Notes under the pieces: generated by a model
Told to the model about the DNA's origin: nothing
Databases searched by the model: none
What the model saw: only the letters and a program-made list of their open reading frames with translations
Shown here: in pieces, positions 57,201 through 64,000 of the stretch
How positions within the stretch are numbered: position 1 is the stretch's first letter
How the letters are laid out: every line of letters starts with the position of its first letter
Position numbers and translations under genes: made by a program
DNA from: Rhynchopus sp. YZ270_cl-10
Taxonomy: Eukaryota
DNA: 64,000 bases
Assembly: GCA_964035575.1 (NCBI GenBank)
Contig: OZ037833.1
Span: forward strand, 744,001 to 808,000
Direction of reading: 5' to 3'

Positions 57201-60200
57201 CGTTCTCTTGGGTCTTCGCTTTCGTGTTCGTGAACCAAAAGAGTGACGTCGTCAGTCTGAGTCTGAACGCATGTCACAACACCCTTGACACGCCCACTGT
57301 GCAAAGCATGCGACACACCAGCAGCAGTCAGGTCTGCTGCTTCGCTGTCTTCCGACACAGACTCAGGCTTGCAAAGATCACCCAGTCGTTGTTCAGCCTT
57401 GCGAAGCGAGTCTTCTGCAGACACAACTCTCGCACGTGCTGCAGCAATGCGCTCTTCAATGCTCCCATCAGTGTCGTCAAGGTCGTCAACGGAGCAGCCT
57501 TCCTTCTGTGACACCGTGCACTCCACCACGTGCAGGGCACGGCGCTGTGCATGGTCGTCGCTCGTGTGTGCGACAACATCAGAGGCAAACTCTGACAGCA
57601 AGAAGTGGTGCGCAGGACGACTCCATTCCTGTTCCTGGACGAATAGCTGTGTTGGCGTCAAAGGTGCTGTCACTTCAGTGTGGAAGACGTCTGCAGCATC
57701 AGGAGCCTTTGGATCTTCACTCTCGAACTCATGCACAGAAAGGTCCACAGGTTGTGCATCTTCGACAGTGCGTGGACGTGCCATTGTTGAGTCGCTGCCT
57801 GCAAGGGTCGCATCCTGCGAAGTGCGTTGGCTCTGCTGCATCGCTGAGGAAGCTTCCCTTCCGGCAAGACTGACGCCTCGTGCCTGTTGTTGCAACACAG
57901 AAGAAGAAGCCTCACCCACACCCAGTGGTGCAGTGCTGCTCTCCCTCGGATCTTCACTCTCGTGTTCGTGTACGAATAGAGCAACCTCGTCAGTCTGTCG
58001 CTCAGTGGCAGTCACGTCACCCAGTTCACTCATGTGCTGTTGCAAGAAATCGTGAACAGGACGACTCCACTCGTGTTCCTGAATAAACAGCTGTGTTGGT
58101 GTGGATGGTGTCCTCACTCCGTCAGTCGCACGGATGTGTGCAGCATCACCTTCACGCGGCTCCTCACTCTCAAACTCATGAACAGCAAGGTGCACAGGTT
58201 GTGTCTCAGTGCGAGGATGGACCATGGTTGAATCACTGCCTGCAAGTCTCACTTCCTGAGGAGGGTGTTCTCTTTGCTGCTCCGTCACAGAAGGCTCGAC
58301 ATCCAGTTGTGCAGTGCTGCGCTCTCTTGGGTCCTCGCTTTCGTGTTCGTGAACGAAAAGAGTGACATCGTCAGTCTGCGTCTCTGCCGCAACGACGTCA
58401 CTGCCGTGCAGACGTCTTGGGGAATCAATCGCCTCAGCTTGGCGCACAGTGGACTCCCATGAGGTGCCGTACAACTGTGCAGTGGTGTGTGCATGGGATG
58501 TGTCGTGTGTAGGTTCCTGGTTGCCACCCGCATGAGGTTCCTCACTCTCAAACTCGTGCACTGCAAGGTGCACGTCAGATCTATCTTCTGCTGTGCGTGG
58601 ATGGACCATTGCCACATCACTGCCTGCAAGGGTAACGTCCTGCTCAGTACGCTGTGTCTGCTTTGAAGAAGAAGTCTCACCCACATCCAGTCGTGCAGTG
58701 CTGCGTTCTCTTGCGTCTTCACTTTCAAACTCGTGCACTGCAAGTTCAACAGGTTCTCTCTCCTCAACAGTGCGTGGTTGTGCCATCGTCACATCACTGC
58801 CTGCAAGGGTTACTTCTTCTGTGCTGCGTTCTGGTTGTTGTTGCACAGCAGAAGAAGCCTCACCGCCCAGTCGTGCAGTGCTGCGTTCTCTTGGGTCTTC
58901 ACTTTCATATTCATGCACCAAAAGAGTGACTTCATCAGTATGTGCATGAGGGTCCAAGATTGGGGACACAGGGCGACTCCACTCGTGTTCCTGCACGAAC
59001 AGGTGTACTGGCGTGGCCACTAGTTCAGTGTCACTAAGACCAAGGCCTCCTGCGTAGCGTGCATGATGTGCTTCATGCTCCAATGCGTGCAAGGGTTGCA
59101 CCGCTTCGACAGTACACAGCTGTGCCAGGGTCGAAGTGCTGCCTACAAGTACAACGTCTTGTGCAGTGTGGGGTTCACGCCTACGTTGTGTGTGCTGTTG
59201 TAACACAGAAGAAGTCTCACCCACATCCAGTCGTGCAGTGCTGTGTTCTCTTGAGTTTTCACTTTCATGTTCGTGAACCAACGCAGTGACGTCGTCAGTC
59301 TGCGTCTGAACGCATGTCACAACACCCTTGACACGCCCACTGTGCAAAGCATGTGACACACCAGCAGCAGTCAGGTCTGCTGCTTCGCTGTCTTCCGACA
59401 CAGACTCAGGCTTGCAAAGATCACCCAGTCGTTGTTCAGCTTTGCGAAGCGAGTCTTCTGCAGATATAACTCTCGCACGTGCTGCAGCAATGCGCTCTTC
59501 AATGCTCCCATCAGTGTCGTCAAGGTCGTCAACGGAGCAGCCTTCCTTCTGTGTCACTGTGCACTCCACCACGTGCAGGGCACTGCGCTGTGCATGTGTG
59601 TCGCTGCTTGTCGAATGTTGGCGAGGTTCCTCAGTTTCCAACTCGCGCGGATGTGCGATGGTCGAAGCACTGCCAGCAAGACTGCCTTGCTGAAGGAGCT
59701 GCTGGTCCTGCACAGGGGTGCTGTGAGGCAGAAGGTGCACAGGTTGCGTCTCTGCAACGATGAGTGGATGCGATGTGCTGGAGTCACTCCCTGCCAGAAT
59801 CACATTATGAGTACCACGTTCGGTCAGTTGCGTCACAGAAGTAGTCTCACCCTCATCCAGTCGTGCAGTGCTGTGTTCCCTTGCATCCTCACTTTGATGT
59901 TCGGACTCAGCAAGGTTGCCGTGACTCTCTTCCGCAAGGCGCGGGTGGGACACAGTAGAACTGCTACCTGCGAGGAGAACGTCCTGCACACGGTTTTCTG
60001 TTTTGTGCTGCATTGCAGAAGAAGAAGAAGAAGCCTCACCCACTGCGGTGCTACGTCCCCTTCGTTCGGGGTTCTCAAAGCCGTGCACAAGAAGGTCCGC
60101 AGGCAGTGGCTCTTCAACAGTACGCGGGCGTACCAGCGTCGAGTCGCTCCCTGCAAGTACGACGTTTTGCCTTTGCTGCATCGCAGAAGAAGAAGTCTTA

Positions 60201-63200
60201 CCGTCCAGTGGTGCAGTGCTGCGTTCTCTTGGGTCTTCGCTTTCGTGTTCGCGTGCCAGAATGGTGACGTCGTCAGTCTGCGTCTGAACGCATGTCACAA
60301 CACCCTTGACACACCCACTGTGCAAAGCATGCGACACACCAGCAGCCGTCAGGTCTGCTGCTTCGCTGTCTTCCGATACAGACTCAGGCTTGCAAAGATC
60401 ACCCAGTCGTTGTTCAGCCTTGCGAAGCGAGTCTTCTGCAGATACAACTCTCGCACGTGCTGCAGCAATGCGCTCTTCAATGCTCCCATCAGTGTCGTCA
60501 AGGTCGTCAACGGAGCAGCTTTCCTTCTGTGACACCGTGCACTCCACCACGTGCAGGGCACGGTGCTGTGCATGTGTGTCGCTGCTTGTCGCATGGTGGC
60601 GTGCTTCCTCAGTTTCAAACCCGTGCGCAGCGAGTTGCACAGGTTGCGTCTCTGCAACGATGAGTGGATGCGAGGTGGTGGAGTCACTCCCTGCCAGAAT
60701 CACATTGTGAGCACTATGTTCGGTCCGTTGCGTCACAGGAGAAGTCTCACCCTCATTCAGTCGTGCAGTGCTGCGTTCTCTGAGTTCCGTGCTCTCAAAG
60801 TCAGTCTGCGTCTGAACGCATGTCACAACACCCTTGACACGCCCGCTGTGCAAAGCATGTGACACACCAGCAGCAGTCAGGTCTGCTGCTTCGCTGTCTT
60901 CCGACACAGACTCAGGCTTGCAAAGATCACCCAGTCGTTGTTCAGCCTTGCGAAGCGAGTCTTCTGCAGACACAACTCTCGCACGTGCTGCAGCAATGCG
61001 CTCTTCAATGCTCCCATCAGTGTCGTCAAGGTCGTCAACGGAGCAGCCTTCCTTCTGTGACACCGTGCACTCCACCACGTGCAGGGCACGGTGCTGTGCA
61101 TATTCAAACTCACGCTCAGTATCCTGTGCAGGAGTGTTGTGTGTCGGCAGAAGACTCGACTGACGCTCCTGCACATAGAGCTGTACAGCAGAAGCAGGGT
61201 TTGTGTGATCTCTTGGTCTTGTGGCTGTGACTTCATGAACACTGTCCACGGGCACATCGCCGCGAGAGTGTCGTTCAGTTGCCATGAGGTTCTCGCCAAC
61301 CAAGAGGGCTGTCTGATGCATGGCTTCCAAGTCGAGACGTTGTGTGCTCGTTAGCTCCTTGTCGAACAGACGCACAACTGCAGCTCTGTCCTGAGCAGGA
61401 CTGTTGCTCTCTTCGCCATGGAGAGTAGCGCTTCCAGAAACGGCGTGCATTGACTCGAGGGATGCCTCTGTCTGTGCAGCAGTGGACTCAACGAAAACAC
61501 GCTCACGCAGGTTCTGCTGCTGTGCCTCCTGTCCATGCAGCGACACACTCGATTCACTGGGAGAGCGCGCACGCGTGTCGTGCCCTGCAGGTGGCACAGG
61601 TGCAACGTCGTCACTGGAGGTGCTTGAGGCAGAAGCAACAAACTCCCTCCTGCGCTGGCGATGCTCTGCCGTCCGCTCCTCGAGTACGTGCTTCCACATC
61701 GATCCTGTCGATACAGAGGATGGTGACTGTGGCACGTTCTGTGACGATGTTGTGCCCTTCAGCTCAACACCTGTACGTTGCACAACACTGCGCAGCTCAG
61801 CCTCCAACACCTCTGCACGCTGTGCCTGCTCTGCAGCCTCCTGGCGTGCGTCGTGCACAGCCTGCCGCAGGGCTTCCAGCTCCCAATCGTCCTTGGCCCA
61901 GGCGGCATGCCATGAGTGGCTCTCGAGGGTGGGCGTTGGGACTGCTGTGAGACGTTCGTCCTCTGTGCCTGTGTCGAGGGTGGGTGTGCTTGCCGAGGCA
62001 GCTAGGGGGCGGAGGGCCAGGTTCTGGCGTGCGACGGCCGTGTGTGTGAGCTGGGGGGTCAGCAGACGTGGGCTTTCCTGGTTGTCGCAGAGTGGGGGCG
62101 AGTGCGCAACGATACTAGTTGAGGAACGTGTCCGTGCGCGTGTCGTGCACCAATAGTCATTCACGGAGCTGGCCCACGAGCGTCCCTGCAACGTGGGCTC
62201 GCCCCTCGGGAAGTACGGCCCACCCGACAGGCTGTCGTGCGTGAAGGACGGGTTCCCTGTCGATGTCTCTGCCTCTTCCACCAGGTCCGCCACACACTTC
62301 GGTCGACCCCACAGCGATTCCCTTATCACCAGCTCTGGCTCGTGCTCTTTGCTTGGAGACGGCTGGTTCCACTCACGCTGCGGTGGTGTGCTGAGTGGTG
62401 TGTACGCCGTCTTCGGGCCGCACCAGAGGTCGTTGACGGAACTCGTCCATGTGCGTCCGCGCAGGATAGGGCGTGGCGGGGTGTCGGCTAGGCTGCGTGT
62501 GTCCGTGCTCTCCTCCTGTGTGGAGTCGGCGACGGTCGCAGGTCTGCCCCACATAGCCTCCTGCGCAACAAGCTCGCTTTGCGGTGCAGCCGCAGCAGCG
62601 TCCTGTGCCCACACCTGCGCCTCCAGCACCTCTGCACGTTGCACAACACTGCGCAGCTCAGCCTCCAACACCTCTGCACGCTGTGCCTGCTCTGCAGCCT
62701 CCTGGCGTGCGTCGTGCACAGCCTGCCGCAGGGCCTCCAGCTCGCTGTCCACTTCATCGCCTGCATACGACTCGCGAGGGGAGTGACTGCGCCAGGCAAG
62801 ACCCTCCAGGTGCAGGGGCGGCACTGCAGATGCGTCACGGCTGACTGAGCGGGGTGTCGGTGTGTGCACGTCGTCACACGCAGACTCGTCGGACACATCG
62901 CCTCCGGTCGCCTGCTGCACCACAGTACCGCTGACTGAATGCAGCACACCCAACGGAGAATCCGTCTGTGCAGTAGTGTGCCAACGTGTCGATTCAACAT
63001 CAACACGTTGGCGCAGGTTCTGCTGCTGTGCCTCCTGTCCATGCAGCGACACAACCTCCACCTCTTCGTCAACGTCAAGGTGGGTAACGTCAGTCTGCGT
63101 ATGTGACATACTCGTTGTGCATGCATCTCTCACGGCAACTGTCTGTGCATGCACTCCTGCTCCATCGTGGATCACTGGACAGCTCCATTCCCACTCATGT

Positions 63201-64000
63201 GCGCACAGCGCTGGTGTGCCTTCCAAGGAAACACCAGGCTGTGCAGTGGTGTGCTCTGCAGACTGCTGTTCATGCTGCACAGTGGTATGTTCCGTCGCCA
63301 CCAGGCTTGTTGCCATAAGCGGCAAGACGGTAGCTGTCTGGTCAACATCATGTCCGTCATGTGGAGGTACCTCAGCAGTTGTGCTGTCTGGGAACACAGC
63401 AGATTCCTGGTGTACTGCCACAAGCTCTGACGGAGAGATGCTGTCCACTTCATCAGCAGGCTGTGCAGTGCTGTGCTCTGCAGACACAAGCTTCGTCCTC
63501 AACGTACCAAGCCACTCTTCTTGACTGAGGAGGACAGGCACCTCACCCTTGGGAGGCGCAGCACCCACACGCAGGATCACAACAGCCATGTCTTCCACAG
63601 AAAGGGGACGTGTGTGGCTCCACTCACGGTCAAGGAGTGTCTCGCAGTCGTCTTCAGTAGCAGCGCTGTCAGCGAATATAGCATGTTCGTGCGATGTTGC
63701 CACAAGCTCTGAACCAGTTGTAGCACCAGCAGGCTGTGCAGTGCTGTGCTCTACGAGGCGTGTTATAGAGTCGGCTTCGTGCTCAGGAGTCACAACAGCA
63801 GGTGTGTCGCTCGAGGTGGGCACGTGTTCGGGTGTGCCTTCCACGGAAGCACCATCAGCAGGCTGTGCAGTGCTGTGCTCAACTGACACAAGTCCTGTCT
63901 GCAAAGGCAGAGCATGTCCATGAGATGCTGCCACAAGCTCTGAACGAGTCTCGCTATCCACTTCATCAGCAGGCTGTGCAGTGCTGTGCTCTGCAGACAC
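48239..64000 (-). CDS. Giant repetitive, largely disordered protein with coiled-coil C-terminus (>5,250 aa; 5' end outside the window)
   Basis: 15.7 kb without a stop; shuffled repeat modules (HE[HF]ESEDPRE.STA.L, LAGSD, ALHVVECTV...CVQTQTD); heptad-rich C-terminal ~800 aa. Confidence 0.92.
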   Translation of the reverse strand: MSAEHSTAQPADEVDSETRSELVAASHGHALPLQTGLVSVEHSTAQPADGASVEGTPEHVPTSSDTPAVVTPEHEADSITRLVEHSTAQPAGATTGSELVATSHEHAIFADSAATEDDCETLLDREWSHTRPLSVEDMAVVILRVGAAPPKGEVPVLLSQEEWLGTLRTKLVSAEHSTAQPADEVDSISPSELVAVHQESAVFPDSTTAEVPPHDGHDVDQTATVLPLMATSLVATEHTTVQHEQQSAEHTTAQPGVSLEGTPALCAHEWEWSCPVIHDGAGVHAQTVAVRDACTTSMSHTQTDVTHLDVDEEVEVVSLHGQEAQQQNLRQRVDVESTRWHTTAQTDSPLGVLHSVSGTVVQQATGGDVSDESACDDVHTPTPRSVSRDASAVPPLHLEGLAWRSHSPRESYAGDEVDSELEALRQAVHDARQEAAEQAQRAEVLEAELRSVVQRAEVLEAQVWAQDAAAAAPQSELVAQEAMWGRPATVADSTQEESTDTRSLADTPPRPILRGRTWTSSVNDLWCGPKTAYTPLSTPPQREWNQPSPSKEHEPELVIRESLWGRPKCVADLVEEAETSTGNPSFTHDSLSGGPYFPRGEPTLQGRSWASSVNDYWCTTRARTRSSTSIVAHSPPLCDNQESPRLLTPQLTHTAVARQNLALRPLAASASTPTLDTGTEDERLTAVPTPTLESHSWHAAWAKDDWELEALRQAVHDARQEAAEQAQRAEVLEAELRSVVQRTGVELKGTTSSQNVPQSPSSVSTGSMWKHVLEERTAEHRQRRREFVASASSTSSDDVAPVPPAGHDTRARSPSESSVSLHGQEAQQQNLRERVFVESTAAQTEASLESMHAVSGSATLHGEESNSPAQDRAAVVRLFDKELTSTQRLDLEAMHQTALLVGENLMATERHSRGDVPVDSVHEVTATRPRDHTNPASAVQLYVQERQSSLLPTHNTPAQDTEREFEYAQHRALHVVECTVSQKEGCSVDDLDDTDGSIEERIAAARARVVSAEDSLRKAEQRLGDLCKPESVSEDSEAADLTAAGVSHALHSGRVKGVVTCVQTQTDFESTELRERSTARLNEGETSPVTQRTEHSAHNVILAGSDSTTSHPLIVAETQPVQLAAHGFETEEARHHATSSDTHAQHRALHVVECTVSQKESCSVDDLDDTDGSIEERIAAARARVVSAEDSLRKAEQRLGDLCKPESVSEDSEAADLTAAGVSHALHSGCVKGVVTCVQTQTDDVTILAREHESEDPRERSTAPLDGKTSSSAMQQRQNVVLAGSDSTLVRPRTVEEPLPADLLVHGFENPERRGRSTAVGEASSSSSAMQHKTENRVQDVLLAGSSSTVSHPRLAEESHGNLAESEHQSEDAREHSTARLDEGETTSVTQLTERGTHNVILAGSDSSTSHPLIVAETQPVHLLPHSTPVQDQQLLQQGSLAGSASTIAHPRELETEEPRQHSTSSDTHAQRSALHVVECTVTQKEGCSVDDLDDTDGSIEERIAAARARVISAEDSLRKAEQRLGDLCKPESVSEDSEAADLTAAGVSHALHSGRVKGVVTCVQTQTDDVTALVHEHESENSREHSTARLDVGETSSVLQQHTQRRREPHTAQDVVLVGSTSTLAQLCTVEAVQPLHALEHEAHHARYAGGLGLSDTELVATPVHLFVQEHEWSRPVSPILDPHAHTDEVTLLVHEYESEDPRERSTARLGGEASSAVQQQPERSTEEVTLAGSDVTMAQPRTVEEREPVELAVHEFESEDARERSTARLDVGETSSSKQTQRTEQDVTLAGSDVAMVHPRTAEDRSDVHLAVHEFESEEPHAGGNQEPTHDTSHAHTTAQLYGTSWESTVRQAEAIDSPRRLHGSDVVAAETQTDDVTLFVHEHESEDPRERSTAQLDVEPSVTEQQREHPPQEVRLAGSDSTMVHPRTETQPVHLAVHEFESEEPREGDAAHIRATDGVRTPSTPTQLFIQEHEWSRPVHDFLQQHMSELGDVTATERQTDEVALFVHEHESEDPRESSTAPLGVGEASSSVLQQQARGVSLAGREASSAMQQSQRTSQDATLAGSDSTMARPRTVEDAQPVDLSVHEFESEDPKAPDAADVFHTEVTAPLTPTQLFVQEQEWSRPAHHFLLSEFASDVVAHTSDDHAQRRALHVVECTVSQKEGCSVDDLDDTDGSIEERIAAARARVVSAEDSLRKAEQRLGDLCKPESVSEDSEAADLTAAGVSHALHSGRVKGVVTCVQTQTDDVTLLVHEHESEDPRERSTARLDVGETSSSKQTQRTAQDVTLAGSDVAMVHPRTAEDRSDVHLAVHEFESEEPRHHATSSDAQRSALHVVECTVSQKEGCSVDDLDDTDGSIEERIAAARARVVSAEDSLRKAEQRLGDLCKPESVSEDSEAADLTAAGVSHALHSGRVKGVATCVQTQTDDVTLLVHEHESEDPRERSTAPLDANETSSAVQQRPEEVRLEGSDSKLVRLRTAEEVQPVHLAVHEFESEEPRERNLADMHDTERLATPSTTTQLFVQQYEWSRPVQSQHIDVVTPLAHEHESEDPREGDNALLGVGEASSQRGLRAQKVSLAGSDSMMAQPRTVVEAQPVDLAVHEFESEDPRERSTAQLDVEPSVTEQQREHPPQEVRLAGSDSTMVHPRTEVQPVHLAVHEFESEEPREGDAAHIRATDGVRTPSTPTQLFIQEHEWSRPVHEFLQQHMSELGDVTATERQTDEVALFVHEHESEDPRESSTAPLGVGEASSSQTETRSQEVTLAGSDSTMVRPRTVEDAQPVDLSVHEFESEDPKAPDAANVRAARDVAAPLFVQEQDWSRPVHHVLNESGLGSAGHMHTADLTETETQTDDVTLLVHEHESEDARERSTARLDANETSSSVQQQPERSTEEVTLAGSDVTMAQPRTVEEREPVELAVHEFESEDPRERSTARLDVGETSSSKQTQRTAQDVTLAGSDSTTVHPLNVEEAQPVELAVHEFESEDPRARTAQLGDTGLVSPSPSTPTHLFVQEQQCSRPAHHVLQSPEYDGVVQLQTSEATNVETQTDEVTLLVHEHESEDPRESSTARLDLNGASSSTQGQTQGTSQDVILAGSDSVMAHPRTVEESQHVHLAVHELASEDPRDPASEDPRGGSTTGLDVSEAGLQQTQGLDTEEPRQDATNSDTHVQRRALHVVECTVSQKEGCSVDDLDDTDGSIEERIAAARARVVSAEDSLRKAEQRLGDLCKPESVSEDSEAADLTATGVSHALHSGRVKGVATCVQTQTDDVTLLAHKHESEDPRERSTARLDVGETSSSSAVQQQPERSTEEVTLAGSDVTMAQPRTVEEREPVELAVHEFESEEPHAGGNQERTHDTSHAHTTAQLYGTSWESTVRQAEAIDSPRRLHGSDVVATETQTDDVTLLVHEHESEDPRERSTAQLDGEASSSAMRQKGGHPAQEVRLAGSGSMTTHPRTVDGDVDLAVHEFESEDPRERSTAQLDVEPSVTEQQREHPPQEVRLAGSDSTTVHPRTETQPVHLAVHEFESEEPREGDAAHIRATDGVRTPSTPTQLFIQEHEWSRPVHDFLQQHMSELGDVTATERQTDEVALFVHEHESEDPRESSTAPLGVGEASSSVLQQQARGVSLAGREASSAMQQSQRTSQDATLAGSDSTMARPRTVEDVQPVDLSVHEFESEDPKAPDAANVRAARDVAAPLFVQEQEWSRPVHHVLNESGLGSAGHMHTADLTETETQTDDVTLLVHEHESEDPRERSTARLDANETSSAVQQQPERSTEEVTLAGSDVTMAQPRTVEEREPVELAVHEFESEDPRERSTARLDVGETSSSKQTQRTAQDVTLAGSDVAMVHPRTAEDSSDVHLAVHEFESEEPHAGGNQEPTHDTSHAHTTAQLYGTSWESTVRQAEAIDSPRRLHGSDVVATETQTDDATLFVHEHESEDPREHSTALEHATSTSHQHPEHDTQEPNLDSPPLLTNSTQTDAVQLFVQEHESEDPLETPTTHLAPHTHTTTTPCTLHDEVLAEVEALRGLLDKEHPTLHTLQHSTATSRNGAAVSEDAASEVQVKVENLILRDRVAELLKLVQTLDHLPLEPHTWSYTHPTTQPPTLHEVAWSAKNDLATDHPSPRSRLTNSLFLACPGSPDSLSTSHASEYSSFAGEECAACGCTLSITPVCLTTGLPHLRPMLPPLRIPSNSQGGSIASLSPRRVPEMPTDDSLRDAYQKVLDAEADLRRVEANLAKTSEAARCADAVGEEILSEGDDDDEAPPAERETPRLAESSSSALLRRVSVRHIAVCSTATQTISPQILHQTSLRREARPGGAAPRRRAHTLNSVRGAELLGLREVEVEVEIPPRSVSEDSLGSVVQLTPRDEEEVIPIQVEPPTPGATPTEVPLDESDDALLSVSWCPPLERMVPAPCPRCVTFDAEMESVQVQVEGLLESYHTMAASVNVETDLDDADSELALRIAAAKARVLSAENALRGAEDRLNGLYDIEKLTKDALPTESTGIEKHIATTTPITTTETKPLGSEGIDESFPVPTDDGTYAAILAQVEEARRNVLAAERALEEAKLSEHNALQRLHELGGPAPEVDISFTPSCDSVSCPHSTRLAAVEKECDALRAQIDTYEQRADTERLHIAYSTAEDNLDKVILRATEEQTSISTLHEEMVDVQTELSETIKKQGANETILFEEHETLARLQDAARVACAKEQHEYSEAQHSADTLQALCTTLTAKLENAPPQEHSAIQKELSSASAERAVLLEQMATLNAEAAQQHALRSEALQSSHHRIASLQGEQDNSTSQIARLQHSVQNSADEIREAEGRNSTISVERDRLEQAVKEARKMRDARLNAPSDSMRAMREKPRSDVVGVAIQTDIMGLEEEEELTSPIATLSRISSSVDLPNRSAKQRLGAERMRHRSILAARETELLSSAQQLATLEDACSELQMQKDLSSVRLFSVETTVTSAPRIVPPLDTENVDVSVEAQLMDIAERETELEEAETAVLKVVAQAQRRVAEMEQEHAALRQEVRATNDDIVASIRTSPPGQIHERSKDLERAVHRLQQENTSLCKAIVNASQPPDMPEPELRQTLAQELESMAKELMDRKKRRQLRRESPTGESSRSMMRRFVPAGTAFHSIVQEALQRERSGKASVACGTEGTYAMSVDQWDIVEAAVHETVEHLACARKDMRVILDLIPKDLAIESASVSDRIGTAIDTLSLINLCELGVVLESRTRAAKRTVTPKQRWHRAVFDIAKAM

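Overview
Eukaryotic genomic DNA, most plausibly from a diplonemid-type euglenozoan (inference: every credible gene is on the minus strand, C/CA-rich tracts ending in AG lie just upstream of start codons as expected for trans-splicing, and GT-AG cis-introns are present). Bases 1-~18.5 kb are a nearly invariant 4,097-bp tandem array of a two-gene cassette: a secreted, bacterial-looking right-handed beta-helix protein and a type I membrane protein. Next come a short disordered ORF and an ~80-bp LSU rRNA-derived fragment. Bases 21.3-35.2 kb are dense with adjacent and nested TIR elements: TA-flanked, TTAA-flanked, hAT-like with 8-bp target duplications, and others with 5-bp and 9-bp duplications. 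Several carry internal satellites or decayed piggyBac/hAT transposase remnants, and they surround a 4-exon alpha-SNAP gene. Then follow a 4-exon myotubularin-FYVE gene and an intact ~6.3-kb APE-RT-RNase H LINE. The window ends with the 3' part of a giant (>5,250 aa) repetitive protein rich in TQT motifs. The most unusual signal is the LINE ORF1/ORF2 junction: the two ORFs are in frame across a single UGA-C stop, followed by a hydrophobic segment and a 2A-like GIEPEPGP motif just before the endonuclease. No databases were searched; family calls rest on motifs recognised by eye.
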